From Hydrolagus colliei (taxonomy: Eukaryota), in the NCBI GenBank assembly GCA_035084275.1, contig CM068745.1, positions 53,072,001 to 53,136,000 of the forward strand: DNA of 64,000 nt, read 5' to 3'. Made by a program: the position numbers and the translations under genes. The notes beneath the pieces were generated by a model, which saw only the letters and a program-made list of their open reading frames with translations, did not search any database and was not told the origin of the DNA. Each line of letters begins with the position of its first letter. Position 1 is the first letter of the stretch. Below are positions 38,953 to 52,304 of this stretch, in pieces.

Positions 38953-40075
38953 GCCAAAATATCATTCCCGCCCAGCAGAGGAGCTGCAGCGATGCAGTAC
39001 TCTATAATAACACAGTATGCAAGAATGGTGTTTCACTTGAAAAAATGTTAAACCAGTTAAAGTTGAAATACTCAAAATTCAGTAAAATATATTTACCTAT
39101 CTTTGATTGCAAAATACAGTACAGCACTTTCCTGCCCAGAGGAGTGACAGTACTTCCTCCCTCCCATTGCCTTTCCCATTGGACAGGAAGGGGACTAATT
39201 GATGGCGGTCTGAGGTGATTGACAGGCGACAGTCGCTTGTGAATGTTTGGGCTCCAGCCATTCATAAGCAGCTTAGCTGTCAATCAATCGTGATATTCTC
39301 TTCCTTGTTCTTACCTGTTCCTCCGCTCCCCGATTGACAGCATTACTCCAGTGGCTTGTGAATGGCTGGAGTCAGCTGTTAATCACAATTTGTCTCCTCC
39401 CATCTACATTTGGGAGCTCCTCATAGCTGAATAGACACACAGAAGTCCCGAGTTCAGTACATGAAACACGGTATTTTGTCAGGACTAACCAGCTTTTTGT
39501 CTCAGGTCAACCGTCATATTTTAAACAAGTAAGAATACAAATGATTCAGGCCTGGCATTTTGTTCAATTTACTCGATGTCCAGAGTTAACCGGCGTTCAG
39601 CAGAAGTGGATTCTAAATTTCTGAGATTCCAGAGAGTTTTATTCTATTTCTCGTACAGAGTAATCTGTAGCTGTTACACAATAAGTTTCTCTGGGAATCT
39701 ACTGATGTTTTATGGGGTGAAATTTAGGCAATTGTGAAATACAGTACCGTCTTTATTTTGAGGCCAGGGACACCTGCCTCCCAGAGCTCAGCCTCCTCCT
39801 CTGTCACACCATGGTCACAGTCATGCTGTCAGAATGTGGACTTTCCAGAGACGAACACTGAAACAGATACAATTTACAACTGGCAATGTTTTGATGCCAA
39901 ATTGTATATGGGATCACCATCCAGACTCATCTTCTACAGATTGGCTACTGGAATATCGATTATTTTAAGTAACATCCTAATTTTCACCTCACTAATTTCA
40001 TTAAATATTTGAATGTCGAATGTCCCAGTTAACAGCTGTAGATTGCATCTTGATCCATCTGCAGTAATCAATTCT

Positions 40076-40099
40076 CCCCCCCCCCCCCCCCCCCCCCCC
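40076..40099 (+). repeat. Poly(C)24
   Basis: Directly visible homopolymer. Confidence 0.95.
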
Positions 40100-41389
40100 T
40101 CCCATTAATACCTATGTAAATGTCATCAGGTCCTTATGACACAGATGAGTGTACAGAAATGGGAGTAAAATCTGTGTCAACCTTCTCCCACACACACACA
40201 GAATAGATCACAGAAAGGAACTGCCAGTGATTTAGTTCAAGGGCATAATCTGATTTCTAAATTTCTTCCATAATTATGACAAACTCGTGCTACTGCACGC
40301 TCACGATTTATGACATTGACTGAACCTCTCGATTAGACAGCAGCAACTGGATCATTCCCAGGTATCTATTATTTTACGTTTTGTAAAGTTAGCACATTTT
40401 CTAAATCAATATCTCAGTGGAGTTTATTTTGACAAAGTGAATAGTGGAATTGCTATGTTCGTGATTGTGCTTGTGACAAGTCAATCTCAGTGGTAAATTG
40501 TTTCAAAAAGTAAGATGATTTGTAACCAGGTTTATTTGGAATTGGTTTAAATGTAATGCAGAAACTCTGATTTGAAAGCCTTTGCAGTACAAGTCAAAGA
40601 CAGATCAGATCAGGGCATTCTGGCGGAAACAATAATGTTAGCGAATAAAGTCCATACTTTAGCCTGGCAGATTATGTTGCAGTGGCATCTGAATAGGAAG
40701 AACAGTGACTGAAGCAATAGAGACAGCTGTGTACTATTGTGCTGGATGGAACAAGTTGCAATTGACTAGCCATTGCACAAACTGGAATCTTTCTGATGGT
40801 TAGAAATCCAAGCCTTCGGAGCTTTGCATGATTTTACTCTGTCATGCATTGATCTCTGCTCACTACAGCCTTTCTTTGGTGTAGTAAAATGTGTGCTGGG
40901 TAGTGGGATCTAACATACTGTTAACAATACAAAAATTTATAATTAGACCGTTCCAAAATTGCCACAAAACCCTACCTTCTACCCCTCCCCCAATTCAAAT
41001 CTAAATGCCAATGTCCAGCTGGTTGTACATTGGACCTCCAGCATGCAGATTGTGCCACTATCCAACCAACCAGTATTTGAACAACACAATCCACAAGCTG
41101 CTAGGTGGAAGGGGAAGATTAAATATGATTCCTAATCTCTGCGTTGTGAATTTCCGTAAAATAAAACTTAGATTCTGCTATTATTTAAGAAACAACTTGC
41201 AAATGAAATTTGGAAGAATAAATCCTGGACCTACTTGGTCTTGAGTATTTCTTACATGTTTTAAACACAATCAAGGTTCAGATGAAAAAGGCATTTTGAT
41301 TCAATTGATTTCATTCTTCCACAATACCCACCATACTATCATTTCATCACACCGTCAAGCTTTATATGAGCCAAGTATCTTTTCAAGAC

Positions 41390-41655
41390 CACTCCATTGG
41401 CGGGCAGGCCTCCAGCCACTCTACCAACACCATTTGGAGCTCCATCCTGCAGTTCCCTCCCTTGCTTCCTTCAAAACCTGTCTCAAAAGCTTCCTCTTTG
41501 ACCGTACCTTCGGTCACCCTTCTTCACCCCCCTACCCTCTACCCACCTCGATCCCGATACTCCCAGCTCAGGTATGAAACACTGATTGTCCAGCACCTTG
41601 GAACGTTCTCCCAATGTAAAAGGCGCTATACAAATGTAATTTTGTTGTTGTTGTT
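41390..41655 (+). mobile_element. L2 LINE 3' end
   Basis: ccattggcgggcaggcctccagcc...SLASFKTCLKSFLFDRTF, then aaggcgctatacaaatgtaattttgttgttgttgtt. Confidence 0.88.
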
Positions 41656-42223
41656 AATTAGCTAACCTCCTGACCAAAATCACTATTTTTGCAAACTTAC
41701 TGAGGCTGGGTGCTTTGATTGGATTTCCCAATGCTTTATACACTTTACTCCTCCATTGTGTGCACTGGAGCATTTCTAAGCTATTAACTGCTTTTAAGTG
41801 TTTAAAACCACTGCAGTAGTGGAGTTCCAGTGTGAATCTCAAATGAGGGATTCCTTTCAAAGTCAGGGTTGGTCAATTGATGTTTTCAAGTAGACTACAG
41901 CAGAGGACAGGTGTTAAGAGGCTGAGATTTGAACATTGTGCATTATCAATCAGCCTTCCAAACTGCTGCTGGATCAGTGATTTTGGGAATAGTGAAGTTT
42001 GCTGGGCTGACCTGTCCAGAAATAGCAGCCATTGTAATTAGAATAAGGTGTTTTAAGCATTCAGGATGAATCCTTTTTAGACGATATCTTGCAACAGCAC
42101 CATGAAGACTGAAATGAACTAAAATCCTTCCTTGTTATAGTTTGTTAGATCATCTTGTCTTAATGGAGGGAATTTCATCCAGTGCCCTGGCTAACAATCC
42201 CTAAAATAAAATTGAGCATTCAC

Positions 42224-42551
42224 TAGGGTCCGTCGATATGGAAATTTTCCGATATTGATATATCGGTTTGCCCATATCGATATATTGATATCGCAGGTTT
42301 TTTTGTCCTGCGCATGCGCACGCGCATTCCGGTGTGCGCGCGCATTCGGATATCGACAAGGTAAGTTGAAAAAGTCCGCATTTTACCGATATGTATCGAT
42401 ATATTGTCGGAAACGATATATCAAAATTTGCAATATATCAATTTTTTTCGATATATCAAATTTTTCGATAAATTGGTATTTTTTAAATTCCGATATCGGC
42501 ATCTTGATATGAAAGTTATATCGGTTATAACCGATATATTTCCGGACCCTA
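42224..42551. mobile_element. Non-autonomous hAT-like MITE (CGATAT-rich), copy 2
   Basis: Termini TAGGGTCCGTCGATATG / ATATATTTCCGGACCCTA. 8-bp TSD gcattcac/gcactcac. Inserted within a SINE. Confidence 0.87.
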
Positions 42552-45237
42552 GCACTCACTTGTTTGTGGGACACCGTTGTGTGCAAATTGACTGCTGTGT
42601 TTGCTTGCAGAACACACAGCCACTACACTTTACTATATATCCTGTGAGGTGCATTGAGACTTACTCCTGATATGTAAGGAGCTAATGTAAATATTAAAAT
42701 TAAGATATTGGAGAATTTTTGAAAATTCTTAAAACTAACTTTTTGGAAGTGGATTTCTGTATTTGTAAATCAAAATAAATCAGATGCCAAATTATGGCTG
42801 AATTTAAGATTTTTTTTCCATATTTCTAAGGCATCTTTTAAAGCAAATGGATCTCATAGGCTAAAGTTAAGAGTAAGAGTTAGGATTTTGGGGCCCTTAG
42901 GCAATATAAAATATTTTACCATCAAAAAGAAAAATCTAATTAGAATCCTTGATTTTTTCAATTTTTTCCTCTCAAACCAGTGAGTGCAGCTTTGCATTTT
43001 TCTCAAAAGAAGGATATCACTCAAGCTTGCTTTTGTGAGGCCTTGAAAGCTCAATTTGTGTAAGAATGACTTTTGTCAATTTGTTCTTTGCAGTATCCCA
43101 CATTCCCACTGCTTGTATTTGAGCTTTTAATTGAGTATAACCAATTGATACTGATGTAGAACCACTGTTCTACATGAGGACAAATAAGAAGATACTACTA
43201 TTTGTTGTATGAACCACACTTCCCTTTTTAGATACTTTCTGCTCAGAAATTAATGCTATTGTGGTTAAGATATCTTTGTTAAGGGAATTAAATGTTTGAG
43301 GGCTTCAGCTTCACAAATATACAGTCAATTCACTTTACAATATATTCTGTGAAGCGCTTTGAGACGTTGATAAGATGTGAAAAGTGCTATATCAAATGCA
43401 AGGATTATTATTATTTATTTTTTATTATTACCTCCACAAATTAAAAGCACGTGCAGAAAATATTTCAGGTTTTGTTTTCAAAGATCTTTCAAACGCGGAG
43501 CCAAAACAATTCTCTACAGAGAAGCTCTCAATGAGAAGAAAGCCATGACAAAAAAAAACTTTATTTTGAAAGCGTCATTTTCCCTTTTGGGCTGACATTC
43601 TCATAAGTCTCAGAAGTTACTAAGACACTGACCTTTGTGTACCTGGCAAGCTTTTTAATACTTCTATATGTCTGGGTTACTCTTTGAGTTTTCAAAGCAG
43701 ACACATCTGTCAGATAATATAGCCCGAGTAAAAATCTTACCTTTTCGTTTAGAAGCCTAACTTATTAATATATTGAATGCAGTGCAGTTCTGTAATAATA
43801 ATAATCCTTGCATTTGATATAGCATTTTATCACTGCTGTGAGATGTTTCAAAGTGCTTAACAGAATATATTGTAAAGTGAATTGACTGTATATTTTGTGG
43901 GCGAAACATATTATTGAACTATTGATCCAAGAGGTGTTGGTGTATCTGATAGTTTTGGCTGCTTTTTTTTAGATTTTACCATTAAACTAAATTTTATTGT
44001 TTTAATAATCAGGTAAACTATTATCTCTGTTTTGCATGAACTGTGTCTGCCTACAAACGTAGTTACTGTATTACACTTAACAGAAAGATTCTGGAGTACC
44101 TGGAGATGTTTTGATGTTGCAGGCACTAACACAAGGATTTATTTATTATTATAAGTTTTAGTGACCTGATAGAGAAGTACGTTTGGTGTCCCATCTCTGT
44201 TGTTCATATCCCTCTCCAAAGATTAGAACCATAGAAATGAATGACACACTAAAATCATTGTATTATTGCCTTTGATTCCAATAGCTAGGCAATACTGTTC
44301 TGTGCACACACATGTGACAGCTCACCAGTGAATTATCCATTTTCTGTATCAAGTTATCAAGTTTGTCGGTAATATGTATGTTGTCAGTAACAAGTGACTT
44401 GTAGTAAAATAAATCCTAATCTTTGTATCCATCCCTCCAATTTAGTGTGAGTCATGCACACTGAGGCCCTCTGAAAGGCCGACTGTAAGTTTAACATCTT
44501 TAGTACTAATCAAATCATAATTACTACAAAGCTAGAAAAAACAAAAAGGTGAACTGTTTGAAGTTAAATGATTTATGACTGGGGTATTAATTTTCAGAAA
44601 AGTTAATTTAATCCTTCAGTCATAATGACTCAAAAAGTAATGAATAATTAAACAATAAGAAGTTGTGCTTCACAGATGAACATACATTGGGATTAATTTG
44701 GTCATATCAATCCTGAGCTGCGTTATTTCCGTGTAACATCCACCTTTCTGTTGATCATTTCCTGTATATTTTGATTAGTGTGGTTGCCCTTGTAAAACAT
44801 CTGGTAAATTAAAAACCGAATATAAAGGTCATAACAAGGCACAAGGGAGTATGTGTTCTGAAGGGCCTGCTATGAGGAATTTGCTGGCTATAAGGAGTTG
44901 GTTCTTGCAGCAAATCTATCTTCTGCAGTGCAATCTTCCTCAATGTTTGTTTTATACTTTTAATCTTCATTTTAATTAAAGCAACAAAAAACGAATGTGG
45001 AATCAGTGATTAGTCACACAATGCCATTGTCATTGGGTCAGCGTGAGTCATTGTATTTCCTTTGGGACAACCTGTTCTGTGTATCAAGGTGGTAAACTAT
45101 TTTGAAAGTTACAATACCATTGTTTGGCTTTGTTAAATTGATGTTTCCTCTTGTCTATATATTAATTATTGACTCTTTACTATGATCAATATTAATCAAT
45201 GTTTGCCCTGTCAAGGTGTTTGGGAAGAAAGGCACAG

Positions 45238-45595
45238 TACAACAACAACATGCACTGATTTGGCACCCTCTACATTGAGTAGCGTCTCAGAGCGCCTAAC
45301 AGTGGCAGATACTGACTCAGAGCAGGAGAGGGGATTGGGGGAGGCGGCCATAAGCTCAGTCAAAGAGGAAGATTTTTAGGCGGTACTTGAAAAGAGGAAG
45401 AAAAGGGGCAAGGCGGAGGGATTGAGGGAGAGTGTTCAGAGTTTGGGGGCATGGTGGCTGAAAGCACGACTTAAGGTACAAGGGATGATCGGGAGGCCGT
45501 GCCAGTCGAACAGAGGCGCCAGGGGACGGATTGAGTGAGGAGATCGGAAATGTAGGGCGGTGCCAGGGAGTAGGTTGATTTGAACAGGAGTGTGA
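45238..45595 (-). mobile_element. L2 LINE 3' fragment
   Basis: (AAC)n tail then reverse L2 3' UTR and ORF2 end (ggggcatggtggctgaaagcacg). Confidence 0.75.
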
Positions 45596-45710
45596 GTCAT
45601 AGCAGTGTCTGGGAAAATGACTTAATCATTTGAGATACAGTATATTTGAGTATACTTGTGTCCAAAACCTTTTACTCTCTGAAATGAAGCCCAATGTAGA
45701 ATCTTGAAAT

Positions 45711-47305
45711 ATCATAGAGTCATAGAATTTTATGGCACAAAAGGAGGCCATTCGGCCCATTGAGTCTGTGTCGACTCTTTGAAAATAGCAATTCAATCCC
45801 ACTGCCCAGCTCTCTCCGCATAACCTAACAGACCTGTTTTCCCTAAATAAAGATCTAATTCTCTTTTAAAAGCTGTTATCGAATCGGCATCCACCACCTT
45901 TTCAGGCAATGCATTCCAGATTTGAACAACCCGCTGAGTGAAAACATTTCTCCTCAGCTCCCTTTTACTTCGTTTTGAAACTATTTTAAATCTGTGACCA
46001 CGAGTCACAGATTCGCCCACCAGTGGAAACAGTTTTTCCTTATTCACACTGTCAAATCCCCTCATGATTTTATAAACCTCTATTAGGTCTCCTCTCAACC
46101 TTCTCTGTTCCAAAGAGAATAAACCTAGCCTATCTAGCCTCTCCCCATAACTGAAGTCTCTCAATCTTGGTACCTTCTAGTAAACCTTCTTTGCACCCTT
46201 TCCAATGCCTTAACATCCTTTCTATAATGTGATGACCAGAATTGGACACAGTACTCCAGCTGAGGCCTAACCAAAGTTTGATAGAGGTAGGTCAGCACTT
46301 CCTGACTTTTTTACTCTATACCCCTATTTATAAAGCCTAGTATCCCATATGCCTTCTTAAAGGCTTTGTCTACCTATCCTCCCACCTTCAAAGAGTCACT
46401 AACACAAATCCCCAGGTCTCTTTATTTCTAACACCCCTTAAAATTGCACTATCTAGCCTATATTGCCTCCTCTCATTTCTTCTCCCAAAAAGTATCACCT
46501 CACACTTCTCTGCATTAAACTTCATCTGCCTTGTGTCTGCCCACTTTACCATTTATCTATATCTTCTTGCAGATGGTTACTATCCTCCTCACTATTTACT
46601 ATTCTCCCTAACTTAGTATCATCTGCAAACTTGGAAACTGTGCTCCCTACACCCAAGTCCAGATCATTAATATATATTAAAAAGAGCAGTGGTCCCAATA
46701 CTGATCCCCGGGGGACGCCACTGCACACTTCCATCCAGTCTGAAAAACAGTCGCTCACCACAACCCTCTGCTTTCTGTCTCACAGCCAGTTGTGGATCCA
46801 CGCTGCCACTGTCCCTTTAACGCCGTGGGCTCTACTTTCCTAATAAGCCTCTCATGCGGCACTTTGTCAAATGCCTTTTGAAAGTCCATGTAAACTACAT
46901 CAACTGCGCTACCCTCGTCCACCCATTCCGTTACCTCATCGAAACATTCTATCAGATTTGTAAGGCAAGATTTGCCTTCAACAAATCCATGCTGGCTGTC
47001 CTTTATTAGCCTATATCTTTCAAAGTGAAGATCTATCTTGTCCCTGATTATAGACTGTAGAAGTTTGCCCACTACCGACGTTAGACTGACTGGCCTGTAG
47101 TTCCCAGGTTTGTCCTTCTGCCATTTTTATACATGGGAGTAACATTCGCAACCTTCCAGTCCTCTGACACCACCCCTGTGTCCAAGGAAGATTGAAAGAT
47201 TGTGGCCAGAGTCTCTGCTATTTGCTCCTGTATTTCTCATAGTAACCTAGAATGCATCCATTATCTACCTTGAACGCCGTCAACCTTTTCAGTACTTCCT
47301 CTCTG
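45711..47305 (-). mobile_element. CR1 LINE, ~1.6 kb 3' fragment with disrupted RT domain
   Basis: [61 protein letters not shown] and LFSLEQRRLRGDLIEVYK, with frameshifts and stops between blocks. Confidence 0.95.
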
Positions 47306-49055
47306 TTTATACTATGTATTTGTTTCTTCAATGTTCAGTGATATGTTAATGTTCTGTTGTTTGTGTTAAATAAACACAAACAGAGTTAAATAATGTTTGC
47401 AATGGAATATAGTACTTTATGTTGTTCCTCCTAACTGCATTCTTGGTGAACATGTGTACATCATTAAATATGCACCATTTGATGACACATCAACAAATGA
47501 CCTTACATACTGTTGCTGTTGTTTCTTCCACATATTTTGTAGTTAATTTGACACAATGTTGGCAGGAATTATAAATCAGGATTGAGCAAAGAAGAGATGG
47601 ATTCAGGAGCAGCTGAATCACTTTGCTGCAGCACAAAGCAGTCAATGGTTGGATGTTGGAAGGGCGGGTAATGATTAGTGAAGTGCTTTCATTAACAATA
47701 AAGACCCATTTGCAGAACTCTGAAATTCTTATCAAAGTTTGAGCTTTACCTTGGTTTAGAGATTTTAGTAAGATTGTAGCGATGAGTTCATTCTAATGGG
47801 AGGTTAGTCATTACTGTATATATTACTGTGTGTTATAGTGTATATAGTCTTTACATTTTATATTGCAAAATATTTATACTGGATATGTCTTGCTACTGAA
47901 TGTTTTGACTGATGGATGCAGTATTTCCAAAGATTACAGTCCTAAAGAGAATAGACTTAATTCTATCCAACTTAATAGGTCACAAAGCAACATTGTCAGC
48001 ATTATCAGGTGTCCATCATTCAGCATGTGAAGGGATTGTGAAGCTATTGAGATGGTATAAAAACTACCCTATTTATCAGCCTGGTGACATAATCTTGGGA
48101 ACATGTTCTCCCCAACCAAATTAGTTATACATCTTACCCAAAGCACATCAAGCTTTGAGTGCTGCTTTTGTATTGTACTTTACAAAAAGCACAGTGTTTG
48201 TTAATCAACACACTCATTCACAATGAAAGAAACAATTTGGAAATGGAGACCCGAAGGTATCAAATGCATTTCAATAGTTAGACTTCACTTAATTTTCTTG
48301 AATGGATGTTTGACGGTACGGTCAAAGCAGAACAGGATTAACTTCAATATTGCCTGTAATTAAGAAATTTATATTAAAAAAATTTGGACTGAATGAACCT
48401 GTATGCAAGATTGCTTTAAAACACATAAAATGAAAAAAAATCAGCTGTGTATGTCACGGAGAAGGTGATGGTGAGAAAAGTGGGTGGTGGGGGGGTGGGG
48501 GGAGAGAATCTGTGTTTAGCAAACCAATTAAAACATGTGATGCTTTGTAATTAGACAAATTATACATTAATTACAATTTAATGAATAAGTTTGGGGGCTA
48601 CATTTTATATATTATTCAAATACATATACTCTGGGGGCATCAATAATGCATTAATCATAAAGGGCAAACTAATTTATTTATTAAGAAGAAATTAGGAGTT
48701 GTTGTTTTTTCCAGTTAAGACTCAAAACAAATAAAACTCCTTGTGCACAGATGTTTGTCTTACCTGTTGGAAATATATTGAGTGAGTTACAGAATGTGCT
48801 ATCTGTCTGATCTAAATATGGATTGATACTGAGCTCATCGTGCAACTCCAAACCCCAACAACCACAAACATAACTTTAGAAAGCGAGAATGGATCAGAAG
48901 CTATAAACAAGGCCCATGTTCTCCAGAATTCCTTCTTATTGATCAAAACTGGCTTGGGTGCAGGTTACAATATTAAAAAGAAGTCATTTTGAATACGATA
49001 TATAAAAGTAAACTACTTTATTTTTATAGCGGATACATTTCATTCTCTCTCCCAG

Positions 49056-49089
49056 CCCCCCCCCCCCCCACCCCCCCACCCACCCCCCC
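49056..49089 (+). repeat. Interrupted poly(C) tract
   Basis: C14-A-C7-A-C3-A-C7. Confidence 0.95.
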
Positions 49090-49277
49090 GTTTTTATGGA
49101 AACATGTTTTGCTTTGATTGCCAAAGTGATGGTATAATGCAACTTAGGTCCAAGGCTTCAGTGCAAATACTCATATTGTTACTTGTAGAGGCCATGCCTC
49201 ACAAACAAGTCTCTGGGCTGTTTGCTTTCCAAGGTGCTGAAGGCAATGGAGTCTAAATTGCAGTACAGCACAATATT

Positions 49278-49562
49278 TATAATAATGTTCCTTGCATTTA
49301 ATGTAATGCCTTATCATGCAATTGAGATGTTTTAAAGTGCTTCAGATGATTTGTACTGCAGTAATTGTATTTGCAGACAAACATGGTAGGGCTTAGTTAG
49401 TTACTTAGTTTAATCTCATCTGAAGGACAGCACTTTGGACAAAAGAGCGTTTCCTCCAGCACTGTGTTGGAGTATCTGCCTAGACGATGAGCTCGAAGTC
49501 CTGGGCTTGAACCCACAAGTGTTTAACTTGGAGGCGAAAGTGCTACCAATTACACAAAGCTA
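49278..49562 (-). mobile_element. SINE (Deu-type core)
   Basis: gtttaatctcatctgaaggacagcac...ctgggcttgaacccacaa...gaggcgaaagtgctacca. Confidence 0.72.
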
Positions 49563-50316
49563 ATACTCAGTTTTAGACCCTAAGGAATTACCCTGGCACC
49601 TCCACTCCCAAATACTGTAAATTTAAGGCTAAAAGATCATCACATAAAGGTATAGACCACATTGTTCAGCCTTAATGATCAATTTGTTCAACTTGGCTTT
49701 TAGGAACAATTTGGTTGATTAGAATAGTTTTTATTCATAGGGTGTTTGTGATCAGCCTGTGTCAGTTTAATCTATGTGACACAGGCCCCTATTTAATATA
49801 CTTTGCATTGTTGTAAAATTCAATTGAAGTAGATAAATATGGCACCAAAAATTATCAGTATTGCATTATTTAGCCATTGTGTCTCCAGCAAGACTTTAGC
49901 AAAAGTAGCATTTTTAAAGAGAAAAATCGTTGAAATTTCAGGTTGTTCGTAAATAATTTGATATATTCTTGTTAGCAGAGGTCAAACTGAATAGACCAAT
50001 GCCCTGAAATTCCACCCAGTTGTAGCATGAATGACAATTTTGGCTTGAAAATGTTCAGTTGTGCAGATTTGTGAAAAAAAACTAAAAGTCAATTATCTTC
50101 AAGAACTGTGGAAAACAAATTTCTAAATTATGATTGCATTTTAGAATTTTGCACAATTCAGCACAATGTTAAATGTTACGACAAAATGCTCTTACAGGCT
50201 GAGACTAGATAGAATTTGGGGCCTCAGTTTTGAGGCCAGAGTTCATTGCTTTACATCATTTTATTATAAAGAAGCAGCATGACAAAGGATGTTAAATTGT
50301 AAATAACATTATACTA

Positions 50317-51032
50317 CAGTAAAAGCCCGTTTATACGGCACCCGCGGGACCTGGTCATTGCCCATTAAAGTGCCTGTTGGATATTCGGGCGGCCAGCGGC
50401 TGAAAACCCACCACAAAAAAATTAAAGTTCTTTTAACACACCCTATACACACCAGACTAAATAATAACAGATAATAACAGAATATTGTATTGATACTTGT
50501 TGTTAAAACTACTCTCCTGCGCTTCTAACCTTTACTGATTGAGCAATTCTTTTTTAAATGGAGGATGCCGTGCGGGTGAAAAAAACGGCAGCGCAATTTT
50601 AAAGTCGCGCAACTTTACTAGCGACAACCTGATAGCCCTAGACTCTACTAGCGGCAAATCAAAATACTGTACTTGCGAGACAGTGTGGGTTATCGGCTTG
50701 CCGCTAGTAAGGCTTTAACGTTTTTTTCACCCACTTGGCGTCCTCCATTTTAAAAAGGATCACCGGAGTGTAAACCTCAACCGCAGCATCATGGCTTCAA
50801 GTGCAGCATCTACTAATAATGGTGAGAAGCGCAAGAGAGTAGTTTTAACAATAAGAACCAATAGCAATAAGTACCAATGCTGTTATTATCTGTTATTATT
50901 TATGCATTTACAAATGCTCCATTGCTATTGTTCCGGATAAGTTCCAGTTTATTGAACGTGAACTTTTTTTTTGGCGTGCCGGTTATACGGAAGTGCTGGT
51001 TCATCGAGTCACGGATAAAAGGGCTTCTACTG
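50317..51032 (+). mobile_element. Longer (716 bp) member of the CAGTAAAAGCCC Tigger family with transposase start
   Basis: TIRs cagtaaaagcccgtttat / ataaaagggcttctactg with TA TSD. ATG at 50791 reads MASSAASTNNGEKRKRVVLTI, typical of a pogo/Tigger N-terminus. Confidence 0.88.
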
Positions 51033-51859
51033 TATATTGTAATTATACTTTTAAAATTGAACTGTGTTCAATTACAAGCATACAGAGCAAATTCAATAGT
51101 CGTGATGAGCTCAACAGAATAGCTGTTCACCACAAAAAATGATTTTCTACATGGCACAGAATATCATCCCCCAGCCCTCCAGTAATATAAATTGGAGACA
51201 CAAATAGGGAGAGATTAGCAAGATTAGCATTTCTCTTGCAATGATAATATGTTCATCTTCCTTAACGTTTTGCTCATAATATCGGTCCTGATACCTAGAT
51301 TCAGCCTAGTTGATCACAACTGGATTCTTTAAGATTAGGTGAACAGAAATGCACTTCAAATCCCAATGGAGGCACTTTAAACAATAAACAATAGAGATGT
51401 ATTCATTTTCATTAAAAGAACTTTGTAAAAATAATTTTACATCTTTTTATCAAGAAGCACCAATCAAAAAAAAAGTGCTTTCCATAGGGTTGTGGAGAAG
51501 ATTGCCTGTTAATGTAAAAATAATAAAACTGATAGATTTACATTGGCTTTCTACACAAACACAATGCAATTTTTAAAAAATAGTGTTTTATGGTATAGAC
51601 GTCTCAAAGCGCTTCACAGAATACACTGTAAGGTGTATTGACTGTATATGTGGGTGAAATGAGGCAGCCAATTGCACAAAGCAGTGTCCCATAAACAATC
51701 GTAGATTGAAATGACCAAATTACTATTGTTTTATTTTTGAGGGATTATTTTTAGGCGTGTAGATTAAGGAAATTTGCCCAAGATAAAGTGCCTTGGGACA
51801 TCCTCCCATTGTGAAAGGCACAATAGAAATGTAATTTTGTTGTTATTGTTTTTGTTGTT

Positions 51860-52134
51860 GAATTAACTGTATATTTTGTGGGCAAAACGCATAGCCAATT
51901 GTTCACAGCAGTGTCCCACAAACAGTTGTTGATTCAGCGAGTTTTTTTAAAAACAATTATTACCCCCAGAATTACCTCCGCCAATCGACTAACATCTGGT
52001 TTCCTACTCACTGCTAGATGTACATAGGTTGTGGAGTAAGGAAACTTGCCCAAGGTTTTTGCTCTGCCAGGAATCAAACCCAGTTCTCTCACTTGTGAGG
52101 AGAATTCTCTGACCACTGAATTACAGGCTACCAC
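51860..52134 (-). mobile_element. tRNA-derived SINE (23231 family)
   Basis: Reverse complement reads gcctgtaattcagtggtcagag...gggtttgattcctggcagagcaaaaaccttgggcaagtttccttactccac. Confidence 0.8.
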
Positions 52135-52304
52135 AAAATGTGGTCAATTTAACGGGACGCCACTGCCCACCAATACCAACTGAGATTTAACTGGTTTTGT
52201 ATTGGGTGGTTCTAAACATTATATGGATTTATTAATCTATAGTTTGGTCTGGACCCATTGTTGTTAATCTATTGGGTTCTATCTGTAGTCATAATATTAG
52301 ATTA

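Noticed and set aside
39734-39860. Pro/Ser/His-rich frames (..PPPLSHHGHSH..) as the missing alternative DACH1 exon
   Set aside because: Only a PLSH tetrapeptide is shared, and there is no good acceptor/donor pair of suitable length and phase.
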